Part shown: piece after piece, positions 63,105-64,000 of the stretch
Numbering within the stretch: position 1 is the stretch's first letter
How the letters are laid out: each line of letters begins with the position of its first letter
Assembly: GCA_033720975.1 (NCBI GenBank)
Contig: JAWWBL010000001.1
Span: 8,611 to 72,610, forward strand
Direction: 5' to 3'
DNA length: 64,000 nt
From: Acidimicrobiia bacterium
GTDB taxonomy: Bacteria > Actinomycetota > Acidimicrobiia > Spongiisociales > ZC4RG35
The notes under the pieces: generated by a model
Told to the model about the DNA's origin: nothing
The model's input: the letters and a program-made list of their open reading frames with translations, nothing else
The model's database searches: none
Position numbers and translations under genes: made by a program

Positions 63105-63141
63105 CCATCTTTCACGACTCGAGCAACGGGACGTGAGCGCT

Positions 63142-63726
63142 TCAGCGTGGCGCGAGAAGGCGAGAGACGACCCAACGGTGTTTGTCGATCTTTAGGTCAC
63201 GTTGGAAGCCCAACTGTTCGAAGGTGGACAGGGCCCCCATGAACAGAAATCCTGCTGGGACGGATTCGGCGGGTTCGGGATAGCCCTCCACGACACCGCC
63301 TCCCATCTCTGTAATCAGCTCGAGCACTCCTTCAAAGGCAGCCGTGGCTACACGGCTGCGGCGATGCCCTTTGGCAACGTAGTGGCACGCGATACGCCAG
63401 TCCGTCAAGCTGGTTACGGTCTTTTCGTGGGCTGCCCGATTCTTGATTCGGGGTAGTTCGGCCGGCGAACCGAACTGGCACCAGCCGATGCAGTCGTCTC
63501 CCTCGAAGACGAGCGCGGCGTGAGCATCACCCCGGAATACACGTTGTTTTTTGCGCTTCCTGTTGAGGGCGGCGCTCGTGTCCTTTCCATCGCCCTCAGG
63601 GTGGAACGCCATACACCAGCACCCACTGGGAAATCCGTCGGATGTCTCCACTAGGTGAGCAAAGGCAGGCCATGTCGATCGATCCAGGGCCTTGACCGTC
63701 AGCTCTGTTCCAGCCGCGTCATTCAT
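63142..63726 (-). CDS. GNAT-family N-acetyltransferase
   Basis: About 194 aa from MNDAAGTELTVKALDRSTW. Acetyl-CoA-binding-like segment RSRVATAAFEGVLELITEMGG. The track ORF 63142..63948 carries a non-coding-like N-terminal extension. Confidence 0.65.
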   Translation of the reverse strand: MNDAAGTELTVKALDRSTWPAFAHLVETSDGFPSGCWCMAFHPEGDGKDTSAALNRKRKKQRVFRGDAHAALVFEGDDCIGWCQFGSPAELPRIKNRAAHEKTVTSLTDWRIACHYVAKGHRRSRVATAAFEGVLELITEMGGGVVEGYPEPAESVPAGFLFMGALSTFEQLGFQRDLKIDKHRWVVSRLLAPR

Positions 63727-63787
63727 GCTTCGACCATAGGTTCTTCGTGAGGGTGCGACATTCAATTGCATTTTGCAGGTTGTCTCG

Positions 63788-64000
63788 TCACCCGCTTGTT
63801 GCCCAGTCCAACACACGCGTAGCCCGCATAGTGTTCCAGCGGCTGGGGAAACCGTCCGGTCCTTCCATCTCGAAATGGGTCGGACCCTGGTGGGTGTTCT
63901 CCAGTGGCCAGCGCCCCGCGGCATCGCGCTTTTTTGCGACCAGGTCAATGGCCTCGGCGCACCGATCGTCGACGACGGCTCCCGTCGAGCGAAAGTACTC
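63788..64000 (-). CDS. 3' end of a CDS running off the window (C-terminal fragment, function unknown)
   Basis: Open frame from the window edge to the stop at 63788, ending ...PTHFEMEGPDGFPSRWNTMRATRVLDWATSG. Confidence 0.3.
   Translation of the reverse strand, partial: EYFRSTGAVVDDRCAEAIDLVAKKRDAAGRWPLENTHQGPTHFEMEGPDGFPSRWNTMRATRVLDWATSG

Noticed and set aside
1-64000. CRISPR arrays, rRNA, IS elements/transposases, integrases
   Set aside because: I scanned intergenic regions for regularly spaced direct repeats and the gene list for DDE/tyrosine-recombinase motifs. None found.

Overview
This 64-kb window is high-GC, gene-dense DNA whose gene content looks actinobacterial (PlsY, a SigK/RskA-like sigma pair, a LipJ-like hydrolase-cyclase, a DesA-like desaturase, a LigD-type polymerase domain). 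I call about 70 protein-coding genes, 3 tRNAs (Lys-TTT, Asp-GTC, Phe-GAA), one TPP riboswitch ahead of a thiBPQ thiamine importer, and several repeats. I found no rRNA, CRISPR array, transposase or integrase. All calls rest on motif recognition from memory plus the supplied ORF track; no searches were run.

Housekeeping and metabolic content:
- proline dehydrogenase, proC, udk and a distant P5C dehydrogenase;
- an acyl-CoA cluster (thiolase, family-III CoA-transferase, two SDRs, MaoC hydratase, ferredoxin, and the beta/alpha subunits of a methylcrotonyl-/propionyl-CoA-type carboxylase);
- a Kbl/AONS-type PLP enzyme, a 3-hydroxyisobutyrate-dehydrogenase-like reductase, bcp, plsY;
- a FadE / SDR / KAS-II trio;
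- two sensor kinases with no cognate response regulator.

Most notable candidates:
1. A single ORF (23416..25221, minus) fuses an endonuclease-IV/Nfo-like AP-endonuclease TIM barrel to a LigD-type primase-polymerase domain. It reads as a one-polypeptide excision-repair gap-processing enzyme. It sits beside a HisA/PriA-like-VOC fusion and a tRNA-Lys.
2. A tRNA-Phe whose 3' 44 nt recur as a direct repeat 2.9 kb downstream. The pair brackets an integrase-less islet carrying an acyl-ACP desaturase and an RRM RNA-binding protein.
3. A three-gene minus-strand operon: small protein, GerW/YtfJ-like protein, then an 1151-aa zinc-ribbon / class-III nucleotide cyclase / STAND NTPase / TPR protein.
4. A sensor-kinase / ECF-sigma / RskA-anti-sigma operon convergent with a secreted DUF4331 + TPR pair.
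5. A LuxR-type regulator divergent from a protein built of about 20 tandem 11-residue amphipathic repeats, preceded by an unusually AT-rich leader.
6. A 55-nt hairpin element present in two copies in terminator positions.
7. A 24-bp perfect palindrome centred on an ArsR start codon.
8. A cysteine-rich, metallothionein-like small ORF.

Several long ORFs in the track are spurious N-terminal extensions or shadow ORFs; I have trimmed or rejected them.
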